Positions 11,338-18,912 of a stretch of DNA of 32,000 bases are shown here, in pieces. The stretch lies in the NCBI RefSeq assembly GCF_001457615.1, contig NZ_LN831024.1, positions 3,780,001 through 3,812,000 on the forward strand, in the 5' to 3' direction. The DNA is from Pseudomonas aeruginosa. GTDB lineage: Bacteria > Pseudomonadota > Gammaproteobacteria > Pseudomonadales > Pseudomonadaceae. Position numbers and translations under genes: made by a program. The notes under the pieces were generated by a model, which saw only the letters and a list, made by a program, of their open reading frames with translations, was not told where the DNA came from and ran no database searches. How positions within the stretch are numbered: position 1 is the stretch's first letter; the number at the start of each line of letters is the position of its first letter.

Positions 11338-11946
11338 TCAGCGCTTCTCGGCAGCGCTACGCAGGCCCTTGAGGGTGTTCAGCGGCGCGTCGACCACGAA
11401 GCTGTTGGCCAACCAGGAAGGAATGCTGCCACCCGGCTCGGTTTCCACCTGGTAGGTCACTTCCGTCACGCCCTGCCCCTTCGGCTGCAACTTCCACTCG
11501 CCGACCAGCTTGGGCACGCGGATCTGGCCCTTTTCCTCGGGGATATAGGTCGGATCGGCCTTAAGGTGACGGATCACGGTGCCATCCGCAGTCTTCTCGG
11601 TGGTGACATGGATGACCACGTCGCGACCGGTAACTGGCCAGGGCATGTCGATCTTCGAGTAGGTCCAGGCGTCGGCGCCTTCCTGCTTCAGGAGTTTCAT
11701 CTCGGCGCAGGCATGGATCCACTTGCAGGAACCCTTGACGTCCTCCTGCAGCGCCTCGATGGTCGCCACGTCGGCCTTGATGTCGGTAACGCCGCGATAA
11801 GCCTTGTACTTGGAGCCCTGGACACTGCTGAGGTAGACCTTCACGCCATCCTCGTCCTTGGCCAGCTTCCAGTCTTCGGCCAGCGCATTGCCGGCCACCC
11901 CGAACACTGCGGCAGCCAGCACGGTCATACGCAAAATGCCACGCAT
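11338..11946 (-). CDS. Exported START/Bet-v1-like lipid-binding domain protein (function unknown)
   Basis: I start it at the ATG at 11946, which is preceded by GAGGAA. The predicted signal peptide is MRGILRMTVLAAAVFGVAGNALA/ED. The body carries START-type motifs (MPWPVTGRDVV..., EPGGSIPSWLANSF). The domain call rests on motif recognition only. Confidence 0.7.
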   Translation of the reverse strand: MRGILRMTVLAAAVFGVAGNALAEDWKLAKDEDGVKVYLSSVQGSKYKAYRGVTDIKADVATIEALQEDVKGSCKWIHACAEMKLLKQEGADAWTYSKIDMPWPVTGRDVVIHVTTEKTADGTVIRHLKADPTYIPEEKGQIRVPKLVGEWKLQPKGQGVTEVTYQVETEPGGSIPSWLANSFVVDAPLNTLKGLRSAAEKR

Positions 11947-12079
11947 CGTTCCTGTTCCTCTCTTTATGGTTATTTTCGGTTCGCCGGCCGGGCGGTCGAC
12001 GCCCTGCAAGCCGCGATCCTGAGCCTTCGGCGCAGGATGCGCAGCAGTATGGCGTGAGACAGCCAGACTTCCAACCCGT

Positions 12080-12334
12080 TCAAGCGGCAGTGATGACTTC
12101 CCACTCCGCGATCAGGGCTAGCGCCTGCTCACGGCTGTCGCCGCAGATTTCCGGATCGGCGCCGAACTGGCCGCATACGGCCGGTCGCTCCGGTCGGCCG
12201 AACAGCCCGCAGAGATGGTTTTCGTCCAGGTGCAGGCAGCGTACGCCCGCGGGCTTGCCGGCCGGCATACCCGGCAGCGGAGAGGAAATCGACGGTGCTA
12301 TGCAGCAGGCGCCGCAGCCGGCTCTACATTGCAT
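12080..12334 (-). CDS. YkgJ-family zinc/iron-chelating cysteine-cluster protein
   Basis: 84 aa beginning MQCRAGCGACCIAPS (CxxxCxxCC motif), with further Cys at CLHLDENHLCGLF and VCGQF..ICG. The start is chosen by motif and has no strong SD. Confidence 0.65.
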   Translation of the reverse strand: MQCRAGCGACCIAPSISSPLPGMPAGKPAGVRCLHLDENHLCGLFGRPERPAVCGQFGADPEICGDSREQALALIAEWEVITAA

Positions 12335-12437
12335 GGGAAGGATCTCGCCCGAAAGTTGGCAGAGGAGCGGCCAGGACAGCCGTCCGAAACGGGCGCAAAG
12401 AATACGGACCGGCCAGGCCGCCGCCAAGCCCGGCGGA

Positions 12438-13193
12438 TCAGCGGCGCGTTTCCGCCTCGAGACGCGCGCTGCGAAGCTGCCACTGCTCGCGGTTGCCGGC
12501 AGCGAACAGCCAGGCCCTGGCCGACTCCGTCGCTGCCCGCCATTGCACGCGGCCCGGCTCGCGCAGGTCGAGGGATTGCGCCGCCGTCGAGTGGCCGAGG
12601 AAGGCGTTGCCAGCGGAACTCCAGTAGCCGGCGACCCCGGCCGGCAAGACCCAGGAGCGACCTTCCGCCTCGTCATCGACGATACCGGACAAGCGCTCCC
12701 CCGCTCCACGCCGCCAGGACAGGGCGACCCGGTTCAGCTCGCTGTCCGCCAGCGCGACGCGCACCTCCACGCCGCCCTGGCGCGGCTCGAACGACAGCTC
12801 GTAGGCGCTGAGCCGGCCATCGGCGCAGCGCAGGTGCCCCTTCAGGGACAAGCGTCGACCGACCAGTTCGAAGCTCTCCAGGCTCTGCTCCTGGCAGCGC
12901 AACTGCAGGCGACCGGCGCTTTCCCGCCCGGCCCCGAGAAAACCGCCCTCGCTCTCCCACAACGGCGGCCGAGCGCTACCCGCCACTGACAGGGCGAGGC
13001 TCTTGCCGCCCCAGCTCAAGCGGTATTCGCCCAGGTCGAAATCGCGCGGGATGGCAAACGCCGGCGGCACCCGCAGCTCGCTCCACAGAGCCGGCTCCCG
13101 CGACGCCTGGCTCGCCCACCAGGCGGCCGCCAGCACGACGGCCAGCCCGCTCAAGGCGAGCCCCCAGACCAGCGAGCGTTTGTGCAACCGCAT
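12438..13193 (-). CDS. Membrane-anchored conserved hypothetical protein
   Basis: It has an N-terminal TM helix (LVWGLALSGLAVVLAAAWWA) followed by a soluble domain of about 220 aa that I could not assign to a family. The composition looks protein-like, unlike the Arg/Pro-rich antisense ORF. The start is ATG 13193 (AAGGA upstream); ATG 13202 is the alternative. Confidence 0.6.
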   Translation of the reverse strand: MRLHKRSLVWGLALSGLAVVLAAAWWASQASREPALWSELRVPPAFAIPRDFDLGEYRLSWGGKSLALSVAGSARPPLWESEGGFLGAGRESAGRLQLRCQEQSLESFELVGRRLSLKGHLRCADGRLSAYELSFEPRQGGVEVRVALADSELNRVALSWRRGAGERLSGIVDDEAEGRSWVLPAGVAGYWSSAGNAFLGHSTAAQSLDLREPGRVQWRAATESARAWLFAAGNREQWQLRSARLEAETRR

Positions 13194-13254
13194 ACCTTTC
13201 ATCCTTTTCCGAGCACCAGCCCCTACCGGTCGATGCCTGCCCACTTGGATTTAT

Positions 13255-13279
13255 CGCCGCAGCCAATTAGGCTGCGGCG
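13255..13279. other. Perfect 10-bp-stem inverted repeat CGCCGCAGCC-AATTA-GGCTGCGGCG
   Basis: Read directly. It lies 30 nt upstream of the DUF486 gene ATG, in the divergent intergenic region. Confidence 0.6.
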
Positions 13280-13308
13280 CCGTCCCAATCCCCCGGAGCC
13301 CACCCATC

Positions 13309-13650
13309 ATGCCCGTCTGGCTGCAAACCGCCTTGTTGCTAGCCTGTTCCAACCTGTTCATGACCTTCGCCTGGTATGGTCATCTGAAGACTCTCAACAG
13401 CAAGCCCTGGATCATCGCCGCCCTGATCAGTTGGGGTATCGCGCTGTTCGAATACCTGCTGCAGGTACCGGCCAACCGCATCGGCTACACCGAACTCTCG
13501 GTCGGCCAACTGAAGATCATGCAGGAAGTCATCACCTTGGCGATCTTCGTCCCGTTCAGCGTCTACTTCATGCAGCAGCCGCTGAAACTGGACTACCTCT
13601 GGGCCGGCCTGTGCCTGCTCGGCGCGGTGTACTTCATCTTCCGCGCCTGA
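13309..13650 (+). CDS. Small DMT-superfamily membrane protein (DUF486-like)
   Basis: 113 aa with four predicted TM segments and the signature NLFMTFAWYGHLK. A GGAG lies 10 nt upstream of ATG 13309. The longer ORF from 13003 has a non-protein-like N-terminus. Confidence 0.75.
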   Translation: MPVWLQTALLLACSNLFMTFAWYGHLKTLNSKPWIIAALISWGIALFEYLLQVPANRIGYTELSVGQLKIMQEVITLAIFVPFSVYFMQQPLKLDYLWAGLCLLGAVYFIFRA

Positions 13651-13656
13651 GCCGCG

Positions 13657-14523
13657 TCACGAACGCAGCCGGGCGATCAGGCTGGAGGTATCCCAACGAC
13701 CGCCGCCCATCGCCTGCACTTCGGCGTAGAACTGGTCGACCAGCGCCGTGACCGGCAACTGCGCGCCGTTGCGCCGCGCCTCGGCGAGCAGGATCGACAG
13801 GTCCTTGCGCATCCAGTCCACGGCGAAGCCGAAGTCGAACTCTCCGGCCAGCATGCTCTGGTGGCGGTTTTCCAGTTGCCAGGACTGGGCCGCGCCCTTG
13901 CCGATCACCTGCATCGCCGCCTCGCCATCGAGACCGGCGCACCGGGCGAAGTGCAGCGCCTCGGCCAGGCCCTGGAGCAGTCCCGCGACGCAGATCTGGT
14001 TGACCATCTTGGTCAATTGCCCGCTACCCACGTCGCCCATTCGCCGGACCATCCGCGCATAGCTGCGCAACAGCGGTTCGGCGCGTCGATAGAAGGCCTC
14101 CTCGCCACCGACCATCACCGTCAGGGCGCCGTTGACCGCGCCTGCCTGGCCGCCGGAGACCGGCGCGTCGAGAAAGCCCAGCTCACGCTCGGCAGCCAGC
14201 AGCGACAGCTCGCGGGCGACTTCCGCCGAAGCGGTGGTGTGGTCGACGAACAGGCTGCCCGGCGCCATTCCGGCGAAGGCGCCCTGCTCGCCCAGCGCCA
14301 CGGCACGCAGGTCGTCGTCGTTACCGACGCAACAGAACACCAGCTCGGCGCCAGCACAGGCCTCGCGCGGCGTATCGGCGCGCCGTCCGGCGTACTCCTC
14401 GACCCAGCGCAGCGCCTTGGCCGACGAGCGATTGTAGACACAGACGTCGTAGCCCTCTCGTTGCAGGTGCCCGGCCATCGGGTAGCCCATCGTGCCCAGG
14501 CCGAGAAATGCGACCGCAGTCAT
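13657..14523 (-). CDS. NAD(P)-dependent beta-hydroxyacid (3-hydroxyisobutyrate-type) dehydrogenase
   Basis: 288 aa from the ATG at 14523 (GAGGAG SD). It has the Rossmann motif VAFLGLGTMGYPMAGHL and the family motifs DAPVSGG and GSGQLTKMVNQ. Confidence 0.85.
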   Translation of the reverse strand: MTAVAFLGLGTMGYPMAGHLQREGYDVCVYNRSSAKALRWVEEYAGRRADTPREACAGAELVFCCVGNDDDLRAVALGEQGAFAGMAPGSLFVDHTTASAEVARELSLLAAERELGFLDAPVSGGQAGAVNGALTVMVGGEEAFYRRAEPLLRSYARMVRRMGDVGSGQLTKMVNQICVAGLLQGLAEALHFARCAGLDGEAAMQVIGKGAAQSWQLENRHQSMLAGEFDFGFAVDWMRKDLSILLAEARRNGAQLPVTALVDQFYAEVQAMGGGRWDTSSLIARLRS

Positions 14524-14626
14524 TCCGTCATCTCCTCGAAATCCGATCCCGCAGCCTAGCACAGCGGTTTGCCGAGGTCCGGAAGCCCCGCCATACTCAG
14601 CGCGGACCCTGGTATGGATAGCTCCG

Positions 14627-15178
14627 ATGCCTCACTGGCTGGTAATCGATCTGGAGGCCACCACCGCGGAAGGCGGCTGGCCCCTGGAGGAAATGGAAAT
14701 CATCGAGATCGGCGCCACCCTGGTCGCCGCCGCGGACGCCCGCGAACTGGACCACTTCCAGCGTTTCGTACGGCCGGTCAGGCGGCCGCTGCTGACCCAC
14801 TTCTGCCGCGACCTCACGCATATCAGCCAGGCCAACGTCGATGGCGCAGCCCATCTCAATACGGTCTGGGAAGCCTTCGAGCGCTGGCTCGCCCAGCATC
14901 GTCCGCGACTGGCCGGCTGGGCCAGTTGGGGCGACTACGACCGCCGCCAGTTGGAGCAGGAATGGCGCCAGCACGGGCTGACCAGCCAGCTCAGCGAAGT
15001 GCCGCACGTCAATCTCAAGCAACGCTTCGGCGAAGTCCGCCAGTTGCCCCGCCCGGTCGGCCTGAACGCGGCCCTGCAACTGGCCGGGATGAGTTTCCAG
15101 GGCCAGCAGCACCGCGCCCTGGAGGATGCCCGCAATACCGCACGGCTGCTGCCGCTGGTATTGCCGGTGGAGCATTGA
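14627..15178 (+). CDS. DEDDh 3'-5' exonuclease (ERI-1/KapD-like)
   Basis: 183 aa. ExoI motif VIDLEATT, ExoIII motif HRALEDARNTARL. The start at MPHWLVIDLE is chosen by domain boundary, and its SD is weak. Confidence 0.75.
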   Translation: MPHWLVIDLEATTAEGGWPLEEMEIIEIGATLVAAADARELDHFQRFVRPVRRPLLTHFCRDLTHISQANVDGAAHLNTVWEAFERWLAQHRPRLAGWASWGDYDRRQLEQEWRQHGLTSQLSEVPHVNLKQRFGEVRQLPRPVGLNAALQLAGMSFQGQQHRALEDARNTARLLPLVLPVEH

Positions 15179-15192
15179 ACGAGGCCCGCGCC

Positions 15193-15216
15193 GCCTAGTG
15201 ACGCCTAGTGACGCCT
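15193..15216. repeat. Tandem 10-bp direct repeat GCCTAGTGAC x2.4
   Basis: The sequence gcctagtgac gcctagtgac gcct was read directly, 15 nt after the exonuclease stop. Confidence 0.7.
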
Positions 15217-15282
15217 TTCCGAGGCTTGGGCATACTGGCGGGCCTTTTCAAACCCGCCTGTTCACCCCTTCAGGAGAAGCCC

Positions 15283-15564
15283 ATGTTCAAGGTCAACGAA
15301 TACTTCGACGGCACCGTCAAATCCATCGCCTTCGACATGACCGCCGGCCCGGCCACCATCGGCGTGATGGCGGCAGGCGAATACGAGTTCGGCACCAGCC
15401 AGCTGGAGATCATGCATGTGGTCGCCGGCGCGCTGACGGTCAAGCTGCCGGGCAGTGACGAGTGGCAGGAATACGCCAGCGGCAGCCAGTTCACCGTCCC
15501 GGCGAACAGCAAGTTCCAGCTCAAGGTCGCCCAGGACACCGCCTACCTCTGCGAATATCGCTGA
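15283..15564 (+). CDS. ppnP: Pyrimidine/purine nucleoside phosphorylase PpnP (DUF1255)
   Basis: 93 aa. [17 protein letters not shown]...YLCEYR aligns along its whole length with E. coli PpnP/YaiE. A CAGGAGAA SD precedes it and a terminator follows. Confidence 0.9.
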   Translation: MFKVNEYFDGTVKSIAFDMTAGPATIGVMAAGEYEFGTSQLEIMHVVAGALTVKLPGSDEWQEYASGSQFTVPANSKFQLKVAQDTAYLCEYR

Positions 15565-15579
15565 GCCCGGGCAGACAGG

Positions 15580-15604
15580 AAAACCGGCCGCAGGCCGGTT
15601 TTTT
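15580..15604 (+). terminator. Rho-independent terminator of ppnP (AAAA/TTTTTT flanks, possibly shared with the convergent DUF1287 gene)
   Basis: CCGGCC-GCA-GGCCGG stem followed by T6 and preceded by A4. Confidence 0.75.
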
Positions 15605-15681
15605 CTTGCCCGCCGTCCAGCGGCTGCGGCGGAGGAATCGAGCTGCGCTCATCCGCCGCTGGAGCGGCTTGCCCAGCCCAT

Positions 15682-16278
15682 TCAGCCCTGCGGGAAGCGG
15701 TAGTGGCCGATGACCTGGTAGCGGAACAGCAGGTCCTCTTCCCGCACGCCGGCACCGATGTTGTGCAACACCAGCGGCCTGCCCTCCAGCCTGCGATCGG
15801 AAAGCACGCCGATATGCAGCAGGCCGTTGTCCAGGCGCCAGGCGACTATGTCTCCGGCCCGGTAGGCGGAAGCGTCGCGGCTAGGCGCCAGGGCCAGGCC
15901 CTGGCGGCTGAACCAGGTCATCAGGTTCGGTACGCGGCGGTGATCGATGTTGCGGTCGGTACCTTTCATTCCCCATTGCTGCGGGTAGGCCGCGAAGTGG
16001 CGACGCATGTCCTCGTGCACCGCCTTCTGTAGATCCAGCCCCTGTCCGCGCAGCGCACGGACCACCACGTCGGTGCAGACCCCGGTCTGCAGCGGCACGT
16101 CGCCGCCCGGATAGTCCAGTTGCCGGTAGGCCGGGTCGTAGCCCAGGGTAACGCCCACCTGGGCACGCGCCGCATCCACCAGTCGCTGCGGTTCGACCGC
16201 AGCGGCCGCCACCAGCGGCAGTCCGAGCATGGCGAGCAGCAACAGGCGGCGCAGCGCGCCGGATACGTCCTTGTCCAT
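15682..16278 (-). CDS. Exported DUF1287-family protein
   Basis: 198 aa with a signal peptide (LLLLAMLGLPLVAAAAV). Family motifs are YPGGDVP...GVCTDVV, NIDHRRVPNLMTWF and HNIGAGVREEDLLF..IGHYRF. Its start lies 10 nt after the upstream gene's stop, so it is probably co-transcribed. Confidence 0.8.
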   Translation of the reverse strand: MDKDVSGALRRLLLLAMLGLPLVAAAAVEPQRLVDAARAQVGVTLGYDPAYRQLDYPGGDVPLQTGVCTDVVVRALRGQGLDLQKAVHEDMRRHFAAYPQQWGMKGTDRNIDHRRVPNLMTWFSRQGLALAPSRDASAYRAGDIVAWRLDNGLLHIGVLSDRRLEGRPLVLHNIGAGVREEDLLFRYQVIGHYRFPQG

Positions 16279-16288
16279 CCTTTTCCTC

Positions 16289-17440
16289 CTAAGCGCCCGC
16301 GGGCGCGTCCTGGTCCTTCGCGTATCCCAGCGGATACAGCAGTTCTTCCTTGTAGCCGGCCCAGACCCGGATGGCGTCCGGGAAGCTGTCGTCCAGCACC
16401 GGGTCGCCGCTGTCGACCAGCAACGGGCGGCCCCCGAGGGTCCCCAGCTTGCGCTTGGTGGCGACCACCCGCATGCGCTCCAGGCCGATGGCGCGCAACA
16501 CCCGGGGACTGATCTGCTGGTTGCCGCGACCGATCACGTGGCCCTGGCCGCCGATGGCGGTGACCAGCAGGTACGCCGGATGACCGTCCACCAGTTCGAA
16601 CAGCCGCGCCTCGTCGACGTCGCGGGCAATCACCGCGCCATTCTCCAGCACGTCGACGCCCAGCAGGGTGGTTTCCAGGCCGAGGTTGCGCGCCAGGCCA
16701 TGCAAGGTCGAGCCCGGTCCGAGCACATAGCGCACGCCGTCTTCCCAGTTTTCCGCCAGCCAGTCGGCGAGGTCCACCAGCACCAGCTCCTCGGACTCCA
16801 TCCCTGCCTGCTTCACGTGCTGCATGAAGTGGCCCTCCTCCGGCACTGTCATCTCGCCGTACCAACGCGCGGCGACGCGGCCGGCGCGCAGCGCCTCTTC
16901 GTCGAGGTCGCGCACTTCGCCGCTGGCCAGGCGCACCAGGCCGCCCTCGACCAGGCGCCTGGCCAATTCGCCGGCCGCGCGCGGACTGATGGCATAGACC
17001 CCGGAGTGGATCTTCACCCCGGCCGGAATGCCGAGCACCGGCTGTTGCTCGCGCACCACCCCGGCAACATCCCGTGCTGTGCCATCACCACCGGCGAACA
17101 GGATCAGGGCGACGCCGGCCTCCTGCAAACGCTCGACCGCCAACCGGGTATCCGCCGCGCTGCTGACCGCTCCCTGCCACTCGCCGAGCAGGCGATGGCG
17201 GAAGCCCATGCGCTCGAGCAACTCGCCGCCCATGGCCCCGGGAAAGGTCAGGAACTCGATCTTCTCGACCAGCGGCAACAGGCACTCCAGGGCTATCCGG
17301 GTGCGCTCCAGCGCACGTGGTTCGGCGCCTCTGGCCAGGGCCTCGGCAGCCACCCCGTCGCTGCCCTTCAAGGCGACCGGGCCACCCAGCCCGGCCAGGG
17401 GATTGACCACCAACCCCAGGCGAAACATGTCCATACTCAT
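16289..17440 (-). CDS. ATP-NAD kinase / diacylglycerol-kinase-fold family protein (long paralogue, AcoX-like)
   Basis: 383 aa with GLVVNPLAGLGG and the catalytic-loop motif FAGGDGTARDV. Three in-frame ATGs lie at 17440, 17434 and 17428. GAGGA spacing favours 17434, but I report the longest ORF. Confidence 0.8.
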   Translation of the reverse strand: MSMDMFRLGLVVNPLAGLGGPVALKGSDGVAAEALARGAEPRALERTRIALECLLPLVEKIEFLTFPGAMGGELLERMGFRHRLLGEWQGAVSSAADTRLAVERLQEAGVALILFAGGDGTARDVAGVVREQQPVLGIPAGVKIHSGVYAISPRAAGELARRLVEGGLVRLASGEVRDLDEEALRAGRVAARWYGEMTVPEEGHFMQHVKQAGMESEELVLVDLADWLAENWEDGVRYVLGPGSTLHGLARNLGLETTLLGVDVLENGAVIARDVDEARLFELVDGHPAYLLVTAIGGQGHVIGRGNQQISPRVLRAIGLERMRVVATKRKLGTLGGRPLLVDSGDPVLDDSFPDAIRVWAGYKEELLYPLGYAKDQDAPAGA

Positions 17441-17514
17441 CCTCGGGCGAACTCCAGGACGCCCACACCGGTCGGACCACTATAACCAGAAAAACCCAGC
17501 GGTAGCCGGCAAGC

Positions 17515-17530
17515 TGGCACGCCGACTGCA
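17515..17530 (+). promoter_or_regulatory. Sigma54 (RpoN) -24/-12 promoter
   Basis: TGGCACGccgacTGCA against the consensus TGGCACG-N4-TTGCW. The GG and GC are exactly 12 nt apart and there is one mismatch in the conserved positions. It lies about 115 nt upstream of the 59-aa ORF. Confidence 0.6.
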
Positions 17531-17643
17531 AGATTGCTATGGTCCATGGCTTTCGCGTTGGAGCGGCACGACATCCGCCGTTTGTCACGGCGGTTTCATC
17601 TGCGCTCCCTAGACTGCCGATAAACCTGATGAGGAGACGGGCA

Positions 17644-17823
17644 ATGAATTCGCAACACACCGATACCGCCAAGCGCCGCGTGATCCCCTTCAATACGCAG
17701 CAGCACACCGGTGGCGCCATCATCGACGCCCAGGGCCGGGAGATCCCGATCACCGAGGTGATGATCCAGCGCGCCTGCCGCGAACTGGACAGGTCCCTGG
17801 AGCAGGAACAGAAGCAGGCCTGA
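17644..17823 (+). CDS. 59-aa conserved hypothetical small protein
   Basis: A GAGGAG SD lies 7 nt before ATG 17644. The ORF is MNSQHTDTAKRRVIPFNTQQHTGGAIIDAQGREIPITEVMIQRACRELDRSLEQEQKQA, ending 24 nt before a strong terminator and preceded by a sigma54 promoter. ATG 17629 and ATG 17539 are in-frame alternatives without an SD. Confidence 0.6.
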   Translation: MNSQHTDTAKRRVIPFNTQQHTGGAIIDAQGREIPITEVMIQRACRELDRSLEQEQKQA

Positions 17824-17846
17824 GCGCCCGCCAGCACGACTTCGAA

Positions 17847-17871
17847 GCCCGGCATCCGCCGGGCTTTTTTT
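17847..17871 (+). terminator. Rho-independent terminator of the 59-aa gene
   Basis: GCCCGGC-ATCC-GCCGGGC stem followed by T7. Confidence 0.85.
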
Positions 17872-17891
17872 CGCTTGCGCGAAGCCGCGCC

Positions 17892-18773
17892 CTAGCTCGG
17901 CGCCGGCAGGTCCTCGCCGACCAGGTCGAGGAAGGTCTCGACGATCCGCCGCGAACGCTGTTCGCGCAGGCACACCAGGGTCTCGGTCAGGCGTCGCTGG
18001 CAATCGACGATGGGTAGCGCATGGACCCGCGTGTCGGCGCCGAACTCCGCGGCCGACACCACCCCCACGCCGATCCCCGCCACCACCGCCTCGCGCGAGG
18101 CCTCGCGGCCCTCGACCTGGATCGCCGGACGGATCCGCAGGCCGGCGCGGCTCATCTCCTCCTCCAGGGTCTGGCGGGTCACCGAGCCCTGCTCGCGCAG
18201 CACCAGCGGCATGTCGTCGAGATCGGCGAGCCGGATCGACTCGCGCCCGGCCCACGGATGGCTGAGCGAAACGAAAGCGACGATCGGGTCGTTGCGCAGG
18301 GTCAGCGAAAGCAACCGCTCGTCGCTGACGTCCCGGCCCAACAGAGCCAGGTCGGCCTGGTAGCTGAACAGTCGCTGCAGAGACTCGTCGGTATTGCCGG
18401 TCTCCACCCGCACCGCGATGCCCGGATAGCGCTCGCAGAAACGCGCGATCTGCGGCAATACGTGCACCGGCGCATCCACCGCCAGGGTCAGGGTGCCGGT
18501 CTGCAGGGCGCTGGAGGCGGACAACAGCTCCTCCGCCTCGGCCTCGATCGCGAACAGCCGCTGGGTCACCGCGAGCAGGCGCTCGCCCAGTTCGCTCAGG
18601 CGCACCGAGCGCTTGTTACGGTGGAACAGCAGCACGCCGTAACGCTCCTCCAGCTTCCGCACCTGGTCGGAAACCGCCGGCTGGGTGAGAAACAGGCGCT
18701 CGGCGGCGCGCGTGAAGCTGCCGTACACGGCGACCGCATGGAAAGCCTTCAACTGTGCATGGGATACCGACAT
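17892..18773 (-). CDS. LysR-type transcriptional regulator
   Basis: 293 aa with an N-terminal wHTH (LKAFHAVAVYGSFTRAAERLFLTQPAVSDQVRKLEE) and a LysR substrate-binding domain. It is divergent from the MFS operon. Confidence 0.93.
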   Translation of the reverse strand: MSVSHAQLKAFHAVAVYGSFTRAAERLFLTQPAVSDQVRKLEERYGVLLFHRNKRSVRLSELGERLLAVTQRLFAIEAEAEELLSASSALQTGTLTLAVDAPVHVLPQIARFCERYPGIAVRVETGNTDESLQRLFSYQADLALLGRDVSDERLLSLTLRNDPIVAFVSLSHPWAGRESIRLADLDDMPLVLREQGSVTRQTLEEEMSRAGLRIRPAIQVEGREASREAVVAGIGVGVVSAAEFGADTRVHALPIVDCQRRLTETLVCLREQRSRRIVETFLDLVGEDLPAPS

Positions 18774-18912
18774 GGACCTTCACCATTCCAGGCAGGACAA
18801 GGGGTTCCGCGCCATGGGCGGCGCACACGGGAATGACCGTTCGGTCAACTTCCTCGACCCACGCCGCGCCAGGCTTACGGACAAACAAGTAAAACTTATA
18901 TTTAAAATTTGA

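Noticed and set aside
12054-12989. 311-aa plus-strand ORF overlapping the YkgJ and membrane-anchored protein genes
   Set aside because: It has a spurious Arg/Pro/Ser/Gln-rich composition. The minus-strand products have a Cys-cluster motif and a TM anchor respectively.
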